Position numbers and translations under genes: made by a program. This document shows positions 52,001-62,337 of a stretch of 64,000 nt of DNA, piece by piece. The notes below the pieces were generated by a model. It saw only the letters and a list, made by a program, of their open reading frames with translations. It did no database searches and had not been told where the DNA came from. The first letter of the stretch is position 1; each line of letters opens with the position of its first letter. Origin of the DNA: Cyanobacteria bacterium J06626_4 (lineage in GTDB: Bacteria; Cyanobacteriota; Cyanobacteriia; Phormidesmidales; Phormidesmidaceae); contig JBCBJQ010000004.1 of assembly GCA_038523235.1 (NCBI GenBank), forward strand, positions 85,249 to 149,248, written 5' to 3'.

Positions 52001-54446
52001 TCTGCGCATAATCACCACAGACAAAAGCCGTTTTGACTGCCCCGGTATGCAGATCCAGGGCGAGTTTGTAGTTCGTTTGCCAAGCATCGCTGGCAAGGAG
52101 CGACAACCCCACCTGAAAATACTCCAGCGCTGATTCATAGGCCGCGGTGGCCCTGGCCTTACGTCCGGCCAACCAATTTAAATGCGCCAGCTGCGGCGGC
52201 TCAGCGGGCCGCAGCAGTGCGCGACCCAAGTTCCAATGATTCACCACTTCAAACAGGTTTGCTTGCTGATCGGGCGTATCTCCCAATAACATGCGACCGA
52301 TCTGCAGGTGAATGGCCTGCAGTTGCTCGGGAGGAATGAGATTATTGGCGGCCTGTTGAATGCGATCGTGGGCAAAGCGATAGCTGACGGTCACAGTGTC
52401 GTTACGGGTCTCGCCCAGTTCACCCTGCTGAAAAAACTTGTAGGTCTCGCTTTCGGGCATGATCAGGTTATCTTGCAGCGCGGGCCACAGGGCCGTCGCG
52501 ATCGCTTCCGGGTCACAATCGCGGACGATCGCGATCGTCTGCAGATCAAAGCGGTTGCCCACGCAGGCCGCGAGCATCAGCACCGCCTGGGTCGGGGTGG
52601 GCAGCTTTTGTAACCGGCCCACCATGAACTCCACAACGTTGTCCGTTAAGGCCAACTGCCGCACCGATGCTAAGTCACACTGCCAATGACCGACCTCGCT
52701 ATCAAAGACTAGGCGACCCTCTTCGTACAAGCCCTGCAAAAATCGAGTGGTAAAAAACGGATTGCCCTGCGTTTTTTGGTAGACCAGTTGCGCGAGCGGT
52801 GCCGCCATCGCCGCAGAGCACAGCAGCGTATCCGCCACCAAGTGGGTGATATCGGCCTGGGCTAGGGGCATCAGCGTCAGCCGATTGACGACACCGCCCC
52901 GACCGTTGATGTCGTGGAGGGCTAACATCAACGGGTGTGCCGGAAAGACCTCGTTATCGCGATACGCTCCCAACACGAGGAGATAGCCGGTGTCTAACTC
53001 AGCTATGAGCAGCTTGAGCAGGGTCAACGAAGCGGCATCTGCCCACTGCAAATCGTCAAGAAAAATCACCAGCGGATGCGCTGGCGTGGTGAAGACTCGC
53101 ACAAACTGCCCAAAGAGGGCGTTGAAGCGATTTTGAGCTGCACTGCCCGACAGCTCTGGCACGGGCGGTTGCGGACCAATGATGGCGGCCAATTCGGGAA
53201 TCACCTCTACAATGACCTGGCCGCGATCGCCCACAGCTTCTAAAATTTTTGCGCGCCAAGCCTGTAAGGCCGTATCCGATTCACCCAGCAGTTGCCCTAG
53301 CAGGCTGCGAAAGGCTTGCACAAAGGCCGAAAACGGCACATTTCGATTGAACTGATCAAACTTGCCCTGGATAAAGTAACCCTTTTGACGCGTCATCGGC
53401 TTGTGAACTTCGTTGATGATGGCAGTTTTGCCCACCCCCGAAAATCCCGTCACCAGCATCAACTCAGACCGAGCCGTGATGACGCGCTCAAAGGCGGCCA
53501 AAAGCCGGTTAACTTCCGATTCACGACCGTAGAGCTTTTCGGGAATCAAAAAGCGATCGCCGATATCCTGCTGGGCCAGCGCAAAGGCAGCAACGTCCCC
53601 CGTGGCTTGCATCTGCTGCTGACAGAGTTGCAGATCATGCTGGAGTCCGAGGGCGCTCTGGTAGCGATCTTCGGCATTTTTGGCCAGTAGCTTCAGCACG
53701 ATCTCCTGCACAGCTTCCGGAATGGTGGACTGGCTCGCCGCCGGAAAGGTCACCGGGCGAGCGAGATGACAATGCACCAGCTCCATCGGGTCTTGCCGGT
53801 CAAACGGGGGCTCACCGGTCAACAGCTCAAACAGCGTGGCCCCCAGCGCATAGAAATCAGTGCGATAGTCAATGCCCCGATTCATCCGCCCCGTCTGCTC
53901 CGGTGACAGGTAGGCCAGCGTACCTTCCAACACGGTGGGACTGGCCAACTGTTGCCGCTCTCGAGGCAGCAGACTGGCAATGCTAAAGTCAATCAGCTGA
54001 ACTCGCCCGCTCTCGGGATGAATCAGAATATTGCTCGGTTTAATATCTTTATGAATGACGCGCTGCTGAATCAGGTAGTGCAGAGCATCGGTCAGCTGCA
54101 GCGCGATATCCAGCACCTCCGCTACACCCCAGGGATGCTGCGATCGATAGGTGTTTAACGCGACCAATCCCTCATCGGGCATGACTAGCACGTAGCTAGC
54201 ACCATGACGCTCTAGCGCCAAGGGATGCACGATATGGGGATGCTCGAGACAACGCGCTAGGGCGTACTGATTGCGAAATTGCACCAACTCCTGGATGTCG
54301 GTGGGCTCGGGATGCAGCACCTTGATGACCACCGACTGCTGATCACGTTGCAGCGCTCGGTAGACTGCAGTGCGGGCTCCCTGCGAGAGCTGTTCAACAA
54401 CGGTATAACCCGGTAAGCGGGGAAAGGTGTGATCTCGGGTATTCAT
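49053..54446 (-). CDS. Hybrid Ser/Thr kinase - AAA ATPase - GAF - histidine kinase
   Basis: HKDIKPSN, DFS and YLSPEQTGRMN kinase motifs; GFSGVGKT and LDDLQWAD; GAF region; IAHEINNP H-box; FTTK and GTGLGL. Confidence 0.93.
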   Translation of the reverse strand: MNTRDHTFPRLPGYTVVEQLSQGARTAVYRALQRDQQSVVIKVLHPEPTDIQELVQFRNQYALARCLEHPHIVHPLALERHGASYVLVMPDEGLVALNTYRSQHPWGVAEVLDIALQLTDALHYLIQQRVIHKDIKPSNILIHPESGRVQLIDFSIASLLPRERQQLASPTVLEGTLAYLSPEQTGRMNRGIDYRTDFYALGATLFELLTGEPPFDRQDPMELVHCHLARPVTFPAASQSTIPEAVQEIVLKLLAKNAEDRYQSALGLQHDLQLCQQQMQATGDVAAFALAQQDIGDRFLIPEKLYGRESEVNRLLAAFERVITARSELMLVTGFSGVGKTAIINEVHKPMTRQKGYFIQGKFDQFNRNVPFSAFVQAFRSLLGQLLGESDTALQAWRAKILEAVGDRGQVIVEVIPELAAIIGPQPPVPELSGSAAQNRFNALFGQFVRVFTTPAHPLVIFLDDLQWADAASLTLLKLLIAELDTGYLLVLGAYRDNEVFPAHPLMLALHDINGRGGVVNRLTLMPLAQADITHLVADTLLCSAAMAAPLAQLVYQKTQGNPFFTTRFLQGLYEEGRLVFDSEVGHWQCDLASVRQLALTDNVVEFMVGRLQKLPTPTQAVLMLAACVGNRFDLQTIAIVRDCDPEAIATALWPALQDNLIMPESETYKFFQQGELGETRNDTVTVSYRFAHDRIQQAANNLIPPEQLQAIHLQIGRMLLGDTPDQQANLFEVVNHWNLGRALLRPAEPPQLAHLNWLAGRKARATAAYESALEYFQVGLSLLASDAWQTNYKLALDLHTGAVKTAFVCGDYAQMAAWSAIALRQSRTVLDQVKFYDVQIQAQMAQGMPAVAIDIALTALTLLGIPLPEAPTPTDLQTELSNTKALWAERAVADLIHLPLMTEREKVAAMILLSSIFAPSFIAKPEILPFIACQQIQLSIQFGNCAQSAFGYANYSAILNSVSQDLGASYEFGQLAIRLVEKLEAEDVKARTFNQAAIFSMHGKIPLRAAPPVLQEGCQSGIDQGDLEFAGYAAYNWSQYSYFSGLNLVELRQGAHAYGLLLEQLNQKISLACNQLVHQVALNLLEPSPDPCLLQGRVFDEQQVLARFIDNQVLSGVQYLSLHKIVLHCLFARYDDIVALIDWSEQYLSASTGMISVPVFHFFATLGRLQVYAQQPPDAASPLLHKIQHGLAELQRWASQAPSNFQHKLDLLLAEQHRVQGDRYAAADYYDRAIAGAEANGYEQEAALANELAAEFYLQVHRRPLATVYLQAAYEHYEQWGAQAKTADLEQRYPELLRSQLSSPSARSPVTAPLAVSTDTTLTAQTPPSTIGLADPADINSTFDFATVLKASQTLSGTIHLEELLHQFTQIILQSSGGDRCALILPNSEGDWQVKVVATTEQVDLRSDPLEAHPQLPLSLIRYVKNSEERVVINDLQTTLPIVDDYLRQHQPKSVLCLPIQHQGQQIGLLYLSNQHTSEVFTEERLTVLNLLCAQAAISLENARLYEQSQRYARQLQQSQIRIVQNEKMATLGNLVAGIAHEINNPVGFLNGSLTNAKDYAQDLLKHVKLYEQQYPQAVAPIQESAEEIDLAFLREDLPQLLDSMQGATDRIKGISTSLRTFSRGDAEHKVKINLHEGIDSTLLILKYRLKANEDRPAIAITKNYGEIPDVECFPGQINQVFLNILANAIDVFDEAAQHTSFDALEASPQQIIVETATAVEYNCVEIRIRDNGKGMDTATQAKIFDHLFTTKAIGKGTGLGLSISYQIVTEQHGGTLSCQSALGHGTEFAIVLPIS

Positions 54447-54750
54447 GTCGAATCAGAAGATCGACTCCATAAGTTGTGACTAGATTGCCCTAAGTTGTCG
54501 TGAGATTTCCATTCGCCAGACTGGTTTCATCATACTGAGGGGAAGTTGAGCCAGCACAGTAAGTTAGACCAGCCAATCATCAATCAGGCTCTCGCAAACT
54601 GGCGCGCCCAGCGACCCATCGTCGCCTCTGCGCTGGAAGCTGCAAAAAAGATTATTTTTGCAGTTTGCTCTGTTTGACAACATTCACCAGTAAAATTTGT
54701 TACCCGAATTTGCTCAGGCACATCAGCGGGCGATCGCTCGTCCCCCGTTG

Positions 54751-55806
54751 TTAATGACGGCTCGCCAGCGGATAGCTCAGCCGCACACTGGTATCCACTT
54801 GCTCAACCTCAGCTAGGGCCGCTTGCAACACTTCGCTACCGGCCCCGGCTCGGCAAGCATTTTCAGTAATCACGCGCTTCCAAATGCGGCTGCCGGGTTG
54901 GCCGTGATACAGCATCAGCATGTGTCGCGTGATGCTGTTGAGTTTGAGCCCCTGCCTCATCCACTGGTCAACATAAGGCAACATAGCGTGGACGATTTGC
55001 GATCGCGTTTTCGCGGTTCCAGGCTCACCAAAAATGGTGCGATCGACCTCGGCAAACAGATAGGGCGTCTCATAGGCGGCGCGGCCCACCATGACCGCAT
55101 CGACATGAGTGAGGTGCGTCTGGATCTGCGGCAGGGTTTTGATACCGCCGTTAATCTCGATCCACAGTTGCGGCAAGTCTTGCTTGAGGCGATAGACATC
55201 GTCGTAGCGCAAGGGCGGCACATCGCGATTTTCTTTGGGGCTGAGGCCCTGCAGCCAGGCTTTACGAGCATGCACGCTAAACCGCCGACAGCCGGTCGCG
55301 GCCACCGTTTCCACAAAATGGGCCATGGCCTCATAGCTGTCACGGTCGTCAATGCCGATGCGATGTTTGACGCTGACGGGTAGGGGCGTCGCCGCGATCA
55401 TGGCCGCCACGCAGTCGGCCACGAGATCTGGCTGAGCCATCAGGCAAGCGCCAAAGTTGCCGCTCTGCACGCGATCGCTGGGGCAGCCGACATTCAAGTT
55501 GATTTCGTCATAGCCGTAGTCGGCGGCCGCGCGGGCACAGGCCGCCAGCAGGGCCGGATCATCGCCGCCCACCTGCAGCACCAGCGGTTTTTCTGCTGGA
55601 GAAAAGCCCAGCAGCCGATCGCGATCGCCGTGCATAATCGCCTGAGCCGTCACCATTTCGGTATACAGCAGTGTCCGCCGCGTGATTTGCCGCATGAAAT
55701 AGCGATAATGGCGATCGGTTCGATCCATCATGGGCGCGATGCTGAGGGGATAGCCGACAGCTGAAGCATTGGCAGCAGTGAACGACTGGATAGCGGAGAC
55801 GGTCAT
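54751..55806 (-). CDS. dusA: tRNA-dihydrouridine(20/20a) synthase
   Basis: APMMDRTDRH, NLNVGCPSDRVQ and HARKAWLQGLSPKENR motifs. Confidence 0.95.
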   Translation of the reverse strand: MTVSAIQSFTAANASAVGYPLSIAPMMDRTDRHYRYFMRQITRRTLLYTEMVTAQAIMHGDRDRLLGFSPAEKPLVLQVGGDDPALLAACARAAADYGYDEINLNVGCPSDRVQSGNFGACLMAQPDLVADCVAAMIAATPLPVSVKHRIGIDDRDSYEAMAHFVETVAATGCRRFSVHARKAWLQGLSPKENRDVPPLRYDDVYRLKQDLPQLWIEINGGIKTLPQIQTHLTHVDAVMVGRAAYETPYLFAEVDRTIFGEPGTAKTRSQIVHAMLPYVDQWMRQGLKLNSITRHMLMLYHGQPGSRIWKRVITENACRAGAGSEVLQAALAEVEQVDTSVRLSYPLASRH

Positions 55807-55905
55807 GGCACTAGGCGTGGCAGGTCTTTCAACTTAGCTTAAAAAGGGTGAGCTATTTTAGACGGGCGGTCTAATCAACCCGATATCCTTTGTCATCCCA
55901 ATGCC

Positions 55906-56535
55906 ATGTATCGCCCTACCGCCTTTCAAAAAGACGATATTGATAAACTGACGGCCTTTATGCAGGCCAACAGCTTTGCCACGTTGGTGTCGATCGCGGG
56001 TGGCGTGCCTTGCGCCACCCATGTCCCACTAGTCGTACGCAAGACGCCCGAGGGCCTCAAGTTAGTGGGCCATCTTGCTAAAGAAAATCCCCAGTGGCAG
56101 GCCTTTGGCACTGCCGAGTCGCTCGCCATCTTTACCGGCCCCCATGCCTATGTATCGCCAACGCTGTATGAAAAACCGGAAAGCGTGCCCACCTGGAACT
56201 ACATTGCCGTTCACGCTTACGGCAAGCCTGAAACCCTGACCCTCGATGCCGCACCGGAAGCGATGGCGCAGATGATTGACGAAATGATCGGCGTCTATGA
56301 GGCCAGCTACGATGCGCACTGGCAGAGTCTCTCGAGCAAATTTCGCACGGGGATGATGCAGGGCATTGTGGGCTTTGAGATGCCCATTACTCGCTTAGAA
56401 GGTAAATATAAGCTCAGCCAAAATCGCACCCATACCGAACAGCAGAACGTCGCGGCAGCGCTGGCCCAGCACGCCGATCCCACAATTCACACGATCGGCA
56501 TCGAGATGCAGCATAATATTACTCCTCCCGATTAG
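55906..56535 (+). CDS. PaiB-family FMN-binding protein
   Basis: GHLAKENPQW, GPHAYVSP, VPTWNY.AVH and KLSQNR motifs. Confidence 0.9.
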   Translation: MYRPTAFQKDDIDKLTAFMQANSFATLVSIAGGVPCATHVPLVVRKTPEGLKLVGHLAKENPQWQAFGTAESLAIFTGPHAYVSPTLYEKPESVPTWNYIAVHAYGKPETLTLDAAPEAMAQMIDEMIGVYEASYDAHWQSLSSKFRTGMMQGIVGFEMPITRLEGKYKLSQNRTHTEQQNVAAALAQHADPTIHTIGIEMQHNITPPD

Positions 56536-56549
56536 GGCATCCCTCTTCA

Positions 56550-57221
56550 CTATCCGTTGCTTGGCCAAACGGTCAACGCAACGATGCCAAATACCAGCAG
56601 AATGATGCCAGAGAGGCGGTTGAGCCACCGCATGTGGGTCGTCGTCAGGCGGGTGCGCAACAGGCTAACCGTGCCGCTAAGCAACAGCCACCAGAGAGCC
56701 GAGCCCAAGAACACGCCGAGCACCAAAATGCCGGACGTGCCATAGTCTGAAGCCGATTCGACAATGCCCAACCCCGCAAAAATCGCCGCGAATGAAAAGA
56801 TCGTCGCCGGGTTGGTTAGCGTCAACAGCAGCGTTGAACCGTAGGCCGTGAGCAGTGATCGCGGCCCAGTCGTAGCGCTTTCTAGTTCAGAGAAGGTACC
56901 GGCTTGACTGTTTTCAATCGGTGCAGCGGCTGGCTCAGCCGGTTTTGCCAACAGCGTCTTCACACCCAAATAGCAGAGAAAGAGGCCCCCAAAAACTCGC
57001 AGCCCCGCCGCTTGTTCAGTCAAAAAGTCGGCTACCGCCGTCAGCCCAAACCCAGCGATGCAGCCATACACTCCATCCGCCGTCGCCGCCCCTAAGCCGG
57101 AAACCAACCCAACCCAGCGCCCTAGCGCCAGGGTGCGCCGAATGCACAGAATGCCAATCGGCCCAACGGGAGCCGCGATTGCCAGCCCCAGCGTGAGCCC
57201 AGTAAAAAAGGTAGAGAACAT
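56550..57221 (-). CDS. LysE-family amino-acid exporter
   Basis: AAPVGPIG, GLGAATAD, LTLTNP and GSALWW motifs. Confidence 0.9.
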   Translation of the reverse strand: MFSTFFTGLTLGLAIAAPVGPIGILCIRRTLALGRWVGLVSGLGAATADGVYGCIAGFGLTAVADFLTEQAAGLRVFGGLFLCYLGVKTLLAKPAEPAAAPIENSQAGTFSELESATTGPRSLLTAYGSTLLLTLTNPATIFSFAAIFAGLGIVESASDYGTSGILVLGVFLGSALWWLLLSGTVSLLRTRLTTTHMRWLNRLSGIILLVFGIVALTVWPSNG

Positions 57222-57364
57222 GGGAAATAGAGAAAACGTAACGTGATCAACAAAGTCGAGGAATCGGCCCCATGCCCTAGGGCTGGGACCTTAAACAGTT
57301 TCAGTCTTGCCTGAACGATGGACGCTGGGATCTCAGTACTTTAGTCCCGCCCCCACCGCTCACC

Positions 57365-57832
57365 TCAGATGAGATCGCCCTGGGAAATCGGCAATGCAAT
57401 CGTCTCTTTCACCGTTGAGAGGGCGATGGTCGTACGAGTTTTGGCCACGCCGGTTACCTGCTTAAGACCATCGGTGATTAGCCTCTCTAGGCCTTGAGTC
57501 CCTTGACAGCGCACCTTCAGCAGGTAGTCGTCATCACCTGTGACGTGGTGACATTCTTGAATTTCTGGCAGGGCATGCACCTGAGTCAAAAAAGCATCGC
57601 GATCGCGGGGATGATCGAGCGTGACGGCGATGAAAGCGGTCAGGTCATAGCCCAAACTTTTGGGATTCACCTGGGTGAGATAGCCCTGAATCACCCCGCG
57701 CTCTTCGAGTTTACGAACGCGATCGGCGGTAGCCGGGGCCGATAAGCCGAGCTGAGAAGCGAGTTCGGCCCAGGTCATGCGCGCCTGTCGCATCAAGTGA
57801 ATCAAAACCTTTGAATCCAAAGCATCTATCAT
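57365..57832 (-). CDS. Lrp/AsnC-family transcriptional regulator
   Basis: LDSKVL..L...AR, HTH GLSAPATADRVRKLEERGVI and ECHHVTGDDDYLLK; probable start at 57832. Confidence 0.92.
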   Translation of the reverse strand: MIDALDSKVLIHLMRQARMTWAELASQLGLSAPATADRVRKLEERGVIQGYLTQVNPKSLGYDLTAFIAVTLDHPRDRDAFLTQVHALPEIQECHHVTGDDDYLLKVRCQGTQGLERLITDGLKQVTGVAKTRTTIALSTVKETIALPISQGDLI

Positions 57833-58155
57833 CGCAGACACTGTTTTCGTATGAACAATAGCTATTTTATCTATTTTAATTCGAAAAATCAAGGTATTTT
57901 CAGTGTTTAATAAGCTGAAATCTTGTCTTCGCCTTCATGACGAAATCAAGTTGGCCAAATTTCCTTGTATTCAACTCGCCACCAAAACAGGACAGAAGCT
58001 ATTCGAGAGGCAGATGTTCTCAAAACATTAAGATGAGAGACATCTAACGGCAAAACGAGATCGCCTGTCCCACAATAGATTTCAGGTTCTTAACGCTTCG
58101 CAAAGTTCCGTTTCAACCTTGAAGTCCCTTACCCTCATTCCCCTCTCACTTCTCC

Positions 58156-58761
58156 ATGGCTTATTACTGGTTCAAAGCGTTTCACATCATTGGTGTCGTC
58201 GTTTGGTTCGCTGGGTTGTTTTACCTGGTGCGTCTCTTCATCTATCACGTGGAAGCAGAAGCCGAGCCCGAACCCGCCTCTGGCATTCTCAAAGCCCAGT
58301 ACGAACTGATGGAAAAACGGTTGTATCGCATCATCACCACACCGGGGATGGTGGTGACGGTCGCGATGGCGATCGGGCTGCTGGTGACCAATCCCGACTG
58401 GCTAAAGCAGGGGTGGATGCATGCCAAGTTAGGTTTTGTGGCGCTGCTGCTGTTTTATCACCATTACTGTGGCCGCCTGATGAAACAGCTCTGGCGCGGC
58501 GAATGCAAGTGGGGCAGCAAGCAACTGCGCGCCCTGAATGAAGCTCCTACGCTGCTGTTGGTGGTGATCGTGATGCTGGTCATCTTTAAAAACAACCTGC
58601 CGACAGACACCACAACCTGGCTCGTGGCCGGGCTGACCGTTTTTATGGCGGCAACCATTCAGCTTTATGCCCGCAAGCGTCGCCTCGACCAAGAGCGCCA
58701 GCAGCTACCCGACACGGCTACGGACGCTGCAGACAAAACCCCTGAGCCCGCCCAAGGCTAA
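58156..58761 (+). CDS. hemJ: Protoporphyrinogen IX oxidase HemJ
   Basis: WFKAFHII, WFAGLFYLVRLFIYH, MEKRLY and RALNE.PT motifs. Confidence 0.94.
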   Translation: MAYYWFKAFHIIGVVVWFAGLFYLVRLFIYHVEAEAEPEPASGILKAQYELMEKRLYRIITTPGMVVTVAMAIGLLVTNPDWLKQGWMHAKLGFVALLLFYHHYCGRLMKQLWRGECKWGSKQLRALNEAPTLLLVVIVMLVIFKNNLPTDTTTWLVAGLTVFMAATIQLYARKRRLDQERQQLPDTATDAADKTPEPAQG

Positions 58762-58989
58762 GTTTGAAAGTAGTGCGCTGAGCCTGTGGATGTTCTTTCC
58801 GAAACTTGCCTCTTCAAGCCCAGCTAGCGCTCTTGGCTATAGCAAGACGCAGTTTGCTCAGGATACTTCAGATGCCTGGAATCGCTATTTGACAGGCTTA
58901 GCTCCGACTCCCGACTTCTCTATGCCGTAGAGTTTTACCCTTCCCGAAGGGGATTCTGTTGTACGGGTCTAGAACATCACTCAAAGCTT

Positions 58990-59836
58990 CTACAACGCAA
59001 TTGTCCAGTCATAATCGTTGGAATCGTCTCCAGCAGGGTAGACCACTGCTGTTTGAGCACCAGCGACTCTTAGGGCTTCAAGCGCAGCATTCACGGCTGC
59101 CGAAGCGAGTCCCAACCGCTGATAGTCAGGATGGCAGCCGACTGGCTCCAAGAGTCCGACCCGATTTTGTTCGTCTAGCCAAGCGAGACAAAATGCCACC
59201 ACTTCGCCCTTCGCAGTCTTAACGACGATAGCTAAGTCATGCCGATAGAAGCGGCCAGAACATAGGGCTTCGTAAGTAGAGACAGGTTTCGGTTCGCTGT
59301 CAAAAGCACCCGATATCGCAATCGCGAGTGATGTATAGATCTGCAACTGTAGTGGTGCTGATTGAATAATTTTCGGCAATGGCAATAGCGCTGAGTGGAG
59401 CGTCTAGCGATCTCTGCAGGTGATGCAGAAAGCTAAGCTGCTTTTGATAACCGCGAGCGGTGAGGAGTTCTGCTCGAATCTTGTCTGATGAGAAAGCTCC
59501 AACCGTAAAGTCTGAAGCGTCACGCGAACGGGCTTCGCATTCTAACCATTCTAAAAGCAATGGCTCCACGATATCGCGCTCGACTCTGGGATGACAGAGA
59601 AGGTCACCACTATCAGGCGAATCGAACCAGGCAAAAGCCGATAGTTGATCTTTTTCGTACCAAAGTCGAATATCACGTTCTGGCGATCGCCCAGGTTGCG
59701 ATCGCAGCCGCCAGTGCAAATCTCCGATGTGAAAAGTGACTGCTGGGCCATACGCTTGCCAGCAGTCGACGATCAGTTGGTGGAGCGCTTCTACTTCATC
59801 CTGGCTTGGTTCGAAGCAGCGAGACTGCAGCGCCAT
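58990..59836 (-). pseudogene. Frameshifted GNAT N-acetyltransferase
   Basis: N-terminal half (59836 to ~59335) and C-terminal half (EPVGCHPDYQRLGLA, acetyl-CoA motif A) are in different frames and join near GATCTATACATCACTC. Confidence 0.75.
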
Positions 59837-59964
59837 CGTTTACGTCTACTCCTGAGTTCAAGCTGGGTCTCCTGGGTTGGCTTAGAAAACTATTAGCGTT
59901 GAGCGCTGCATTTGAACTTCAGGGATTCACCTCAAACGCTTGGTGACAGACCCCCCAGCAGCAG

Positions 59965-61335
59965 CTATACGATCGCCGTCTCTGGCGTCTGACCTGAAGA
60001 CGTTCCAGTCGGCTCCAAAGATTCCATGATTTGCAGCAGTTCGCGTTCAAACGCGACCTGAGCCCGATTGGTGCGACCGCCGACGAAGAACTGTCCGTCT
60101 GATTCCAATGCCCAAATTTGTGAATGGGAAATGTAGCTCATCAGGACACCAATCATCAGCAAACCAAAACCGAGATACACAGCGGGAATACCCGGATCGG
60201 CTTTGATTTGTAGCCCAGTGCTGCCGATGATATCCACAATCGAGAGCTGAATGCCGTTGACCTCAGTGGCCATGCCCTTGCGCACCGTCGAGATTAACTG
60301 TCCGTCGTTGTCATACACCAGCAGCGTTCCCTGCAAATCAGTCGCAACCAGCGAAACGCCATCACTCATATCCGGTTTCGTTGGCAGCCAGGTACCCCAA
60401 AGGCGCGATTTGCCTTCGTTCAACTGCCCCATCGGCACGTCCAGCACTGGACTGTTGTTGAACTTAACCTTGACCCCAGCAATGCCCCAATCGGCCTGAT
60501 ATAGGGTGACGCCGCGATAGCGCATCGGTTCGTTGACGTGAATGGTTTTCTGCTTGAGTTCGTTGCCCGCTTCGTCAATTACCGTCAGGTCAGAATAAAA
60601 CTGATCGATTGCCCCTTCGGCAGTGTAATCAATCCAAAAATCATTAACCCGCACCGCCCAATCTTTAGGAATTTGCGCCTCAGCCCATGGGCCAGCATCA
60701 AAAATGTTGCGAATTTGAAAGACCTGACCACTCGCTACTACTTCTTGAGCAAAGAAGCCCGTCATACCGCCAAAGATGGCCCCGGCCAAAATAATCAGCA
60801 TACTGGCATGCACCACAATGGGACCGATGCGACCCGCTACTCCTTTTTGCGCATAGAGGGCGCGATCGCGAGTAAAAATCTGGTATCCCCGCTGCTGCAA
60901 AATGGGGGAAATTTCTTCCAAATTGCCCTGGCTGAGTTCACCGCTCAATGCCAGTTTGTTGAACTGACGTGGCTGAGTGTAAAAATTCCAAGTGCGTGAG
61001 AACCAGCGCAGCGCGGTGATCTGTCGCGTAAAGGTGCAGGCCGTCAGGCTACTGCCAAACAAAATCAAAATCGCCAGATACCACCAGGTGCGATAAACGT
61101 GATCGAGCCCCGAGATCAGAATGAACTTCCAATCGATAAAGCCAAACAAGGCCGGATCATCGGGATAGTTCGCCTGGTAAAAGGCCAAAGACTCCCCTTG
61201 CTCAATGACGGTGCCCGTAATGCTCACGACGGCGATGGTGAGGAGCAGGGCGATCGCCAGCCGCAAGTCAGCGAGTAGGGGCAGCAATTCTCGTTTGAAG
61301 TATCGCTGTATCCAGCGGTTTAACGTCATCATCAT
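59965..61335 (-). CDS. ccsB: Cytochrome c biogenesis protein Ccs1/CcsB (ResB family)
   Basis: GTVIEQ, ACTFTRQ, GPIVVH, QFYSDL and GLQIKADPG motifs. Confidence 0.93.
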   Translation of the reverse strand: MMMTLNRWIQRYFKRELLPLLADLRLAIALLLTIAVVSITGTVIEQGESLAFYQANYPDDPALFGFIDWKFILISGLDHVYRTWWYLAILILFGSSLTACTFTRQITALRWFSRTWNFYTQPRQFNKLALSGELSQGNLEEISPILQQRGYQIFTRDRALYAQKGVAGRIGPIVVHASMLIILAGAIFGGMTGFFAQEVVASGQVFQIRNIFDAGPWAEAQIPKDWAVRVNDFWIDYTAEGAIDQFYSDLTVIDEAGNELKQKTIHVNEPMRYRGVTLYQADWGIAGVKVKFNNSPVLDVPMGQLNEGKSRLWGTWLPTKPDMSDGVSLVATDLQGTLLVYDNDGQLISTVRKGMATEVNGIQLSIVDIIGSTGLQIKADPGIPAVYLGFGLLMIGVLMSYISHSQIWALESDGQFFVGGRTNRAQVAFERELLQIMESLEPTGTSSGQTPETAIV

Positions 61336-61456
61336 GGTGCCAAGGAAAATAAATATGTGTGTTTAAATCGGCTTAGAAAAATCTGACTGGTTTTTGGGAT
61401 GTCTCGTGGAATGGCTGGTCCATTTTCATTTCATCCTCAAAATCGGTCACGAGTCG

Positions 61457-62203
61457 CTAGACTAACTGGCTCGGTGTGAAGCGCAGCAGGAGAGAAAAAA
61501 CACCAAAACCGACCAGCAAGATCCCACTCGCTGGCGTAATCCAGCCTGACCAGCGACGAATTGCCAAGAGCTTTTTGAGCGTTGCGGTAAAACTGCCTGC
61601 AATCACTAAAGGCGTGACGTACCCAACGGTATAGGCCAACAGCAAAGCTCCCCCTAAGACAGGATCGCCCGTAGTCGAAATCCATGCCAGCAGCGTCGCC
61701 AGCACCGGTGTGCTGCAAGGCGAAGCGACTAACCCAAAGGTGAGGCCTAGCAGGTAACTTTTCACGGCCAGCGGTACGCCCATCGTGGTGACGTCCACGT
61801 TGTTGCCAAAGCTGGGTAGGGGAATCGGCAGCGCTTCGAGCAGATTGAGACCCATCAAAATCGCCAAGACGCTCACCACAATGGGGAGCCCGAGGCCCAC
61901 CTGGCCATACACTCGGCCCACGGCCCCCGCAATCAGCCCCAGGGCGGCCAACGTCGTGGCGAGGCCCAAGGCAAACCAGGTCGATTGGGCGATCGCCTGG
62001 AAACGTCCCTTCGCTTCGTAGCCCCCCATGTAGCCCACCATGATCGGCAGCATCGAGAGCGTACAGGGGGTCAAGCTGGTGAGCAACCCCGCTAGCCAGA
62101 CCACGCCGACACTGACGAATGAAATGCTAGTGAGCTGATTGGCCACCAGCGTATTGGCATATTGGCTGACCTGATAAAGGTCGGTCTGAAGCGTTTCTAA
62201 CAT
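61457..62203 (-). CDS. ccdA: Cytochrome c biogenesis protein CcdA
   Basis: TSLTPCTL and ASPCSTP cysteine motifs; multi-TM; upstream of ccsB. Confidence 0.93.
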   Translation of the reverse strand: MLETLQTDLYQVSQYANTLVANQLTSISFVSVGVVWLAGLLTSLTPCTLSMLPIMVGYMGGYEAKGRFQAIAQSTWFALGLATTLAALGLIAGAVGRVYGQVGLGLPIVVSVLAILMGLNLLEALPIPLPSFGNNVDVTTMGVPLAVKSYLLGLTFGLVASPCSTPVLATLLAWISTTGDPVLGGALLLAYTVGYVTPLVIAGSFTATLKKLLAIRRWSGWITPASGILLVGFGVFSLLLRFTPSQLV

Positions 62204-62337
62204 CGTGATGATTGGCCACCGACAAGGGCGATCGCCGGGCTGTATCCCTAATCATTCTACCGATGACGAGGACGTTGCGGGATGGATGACGATCAGGCAG
62301 CCGTGTTAATCAGTGTCAGTGCTTCGTTGCCGCTTCT

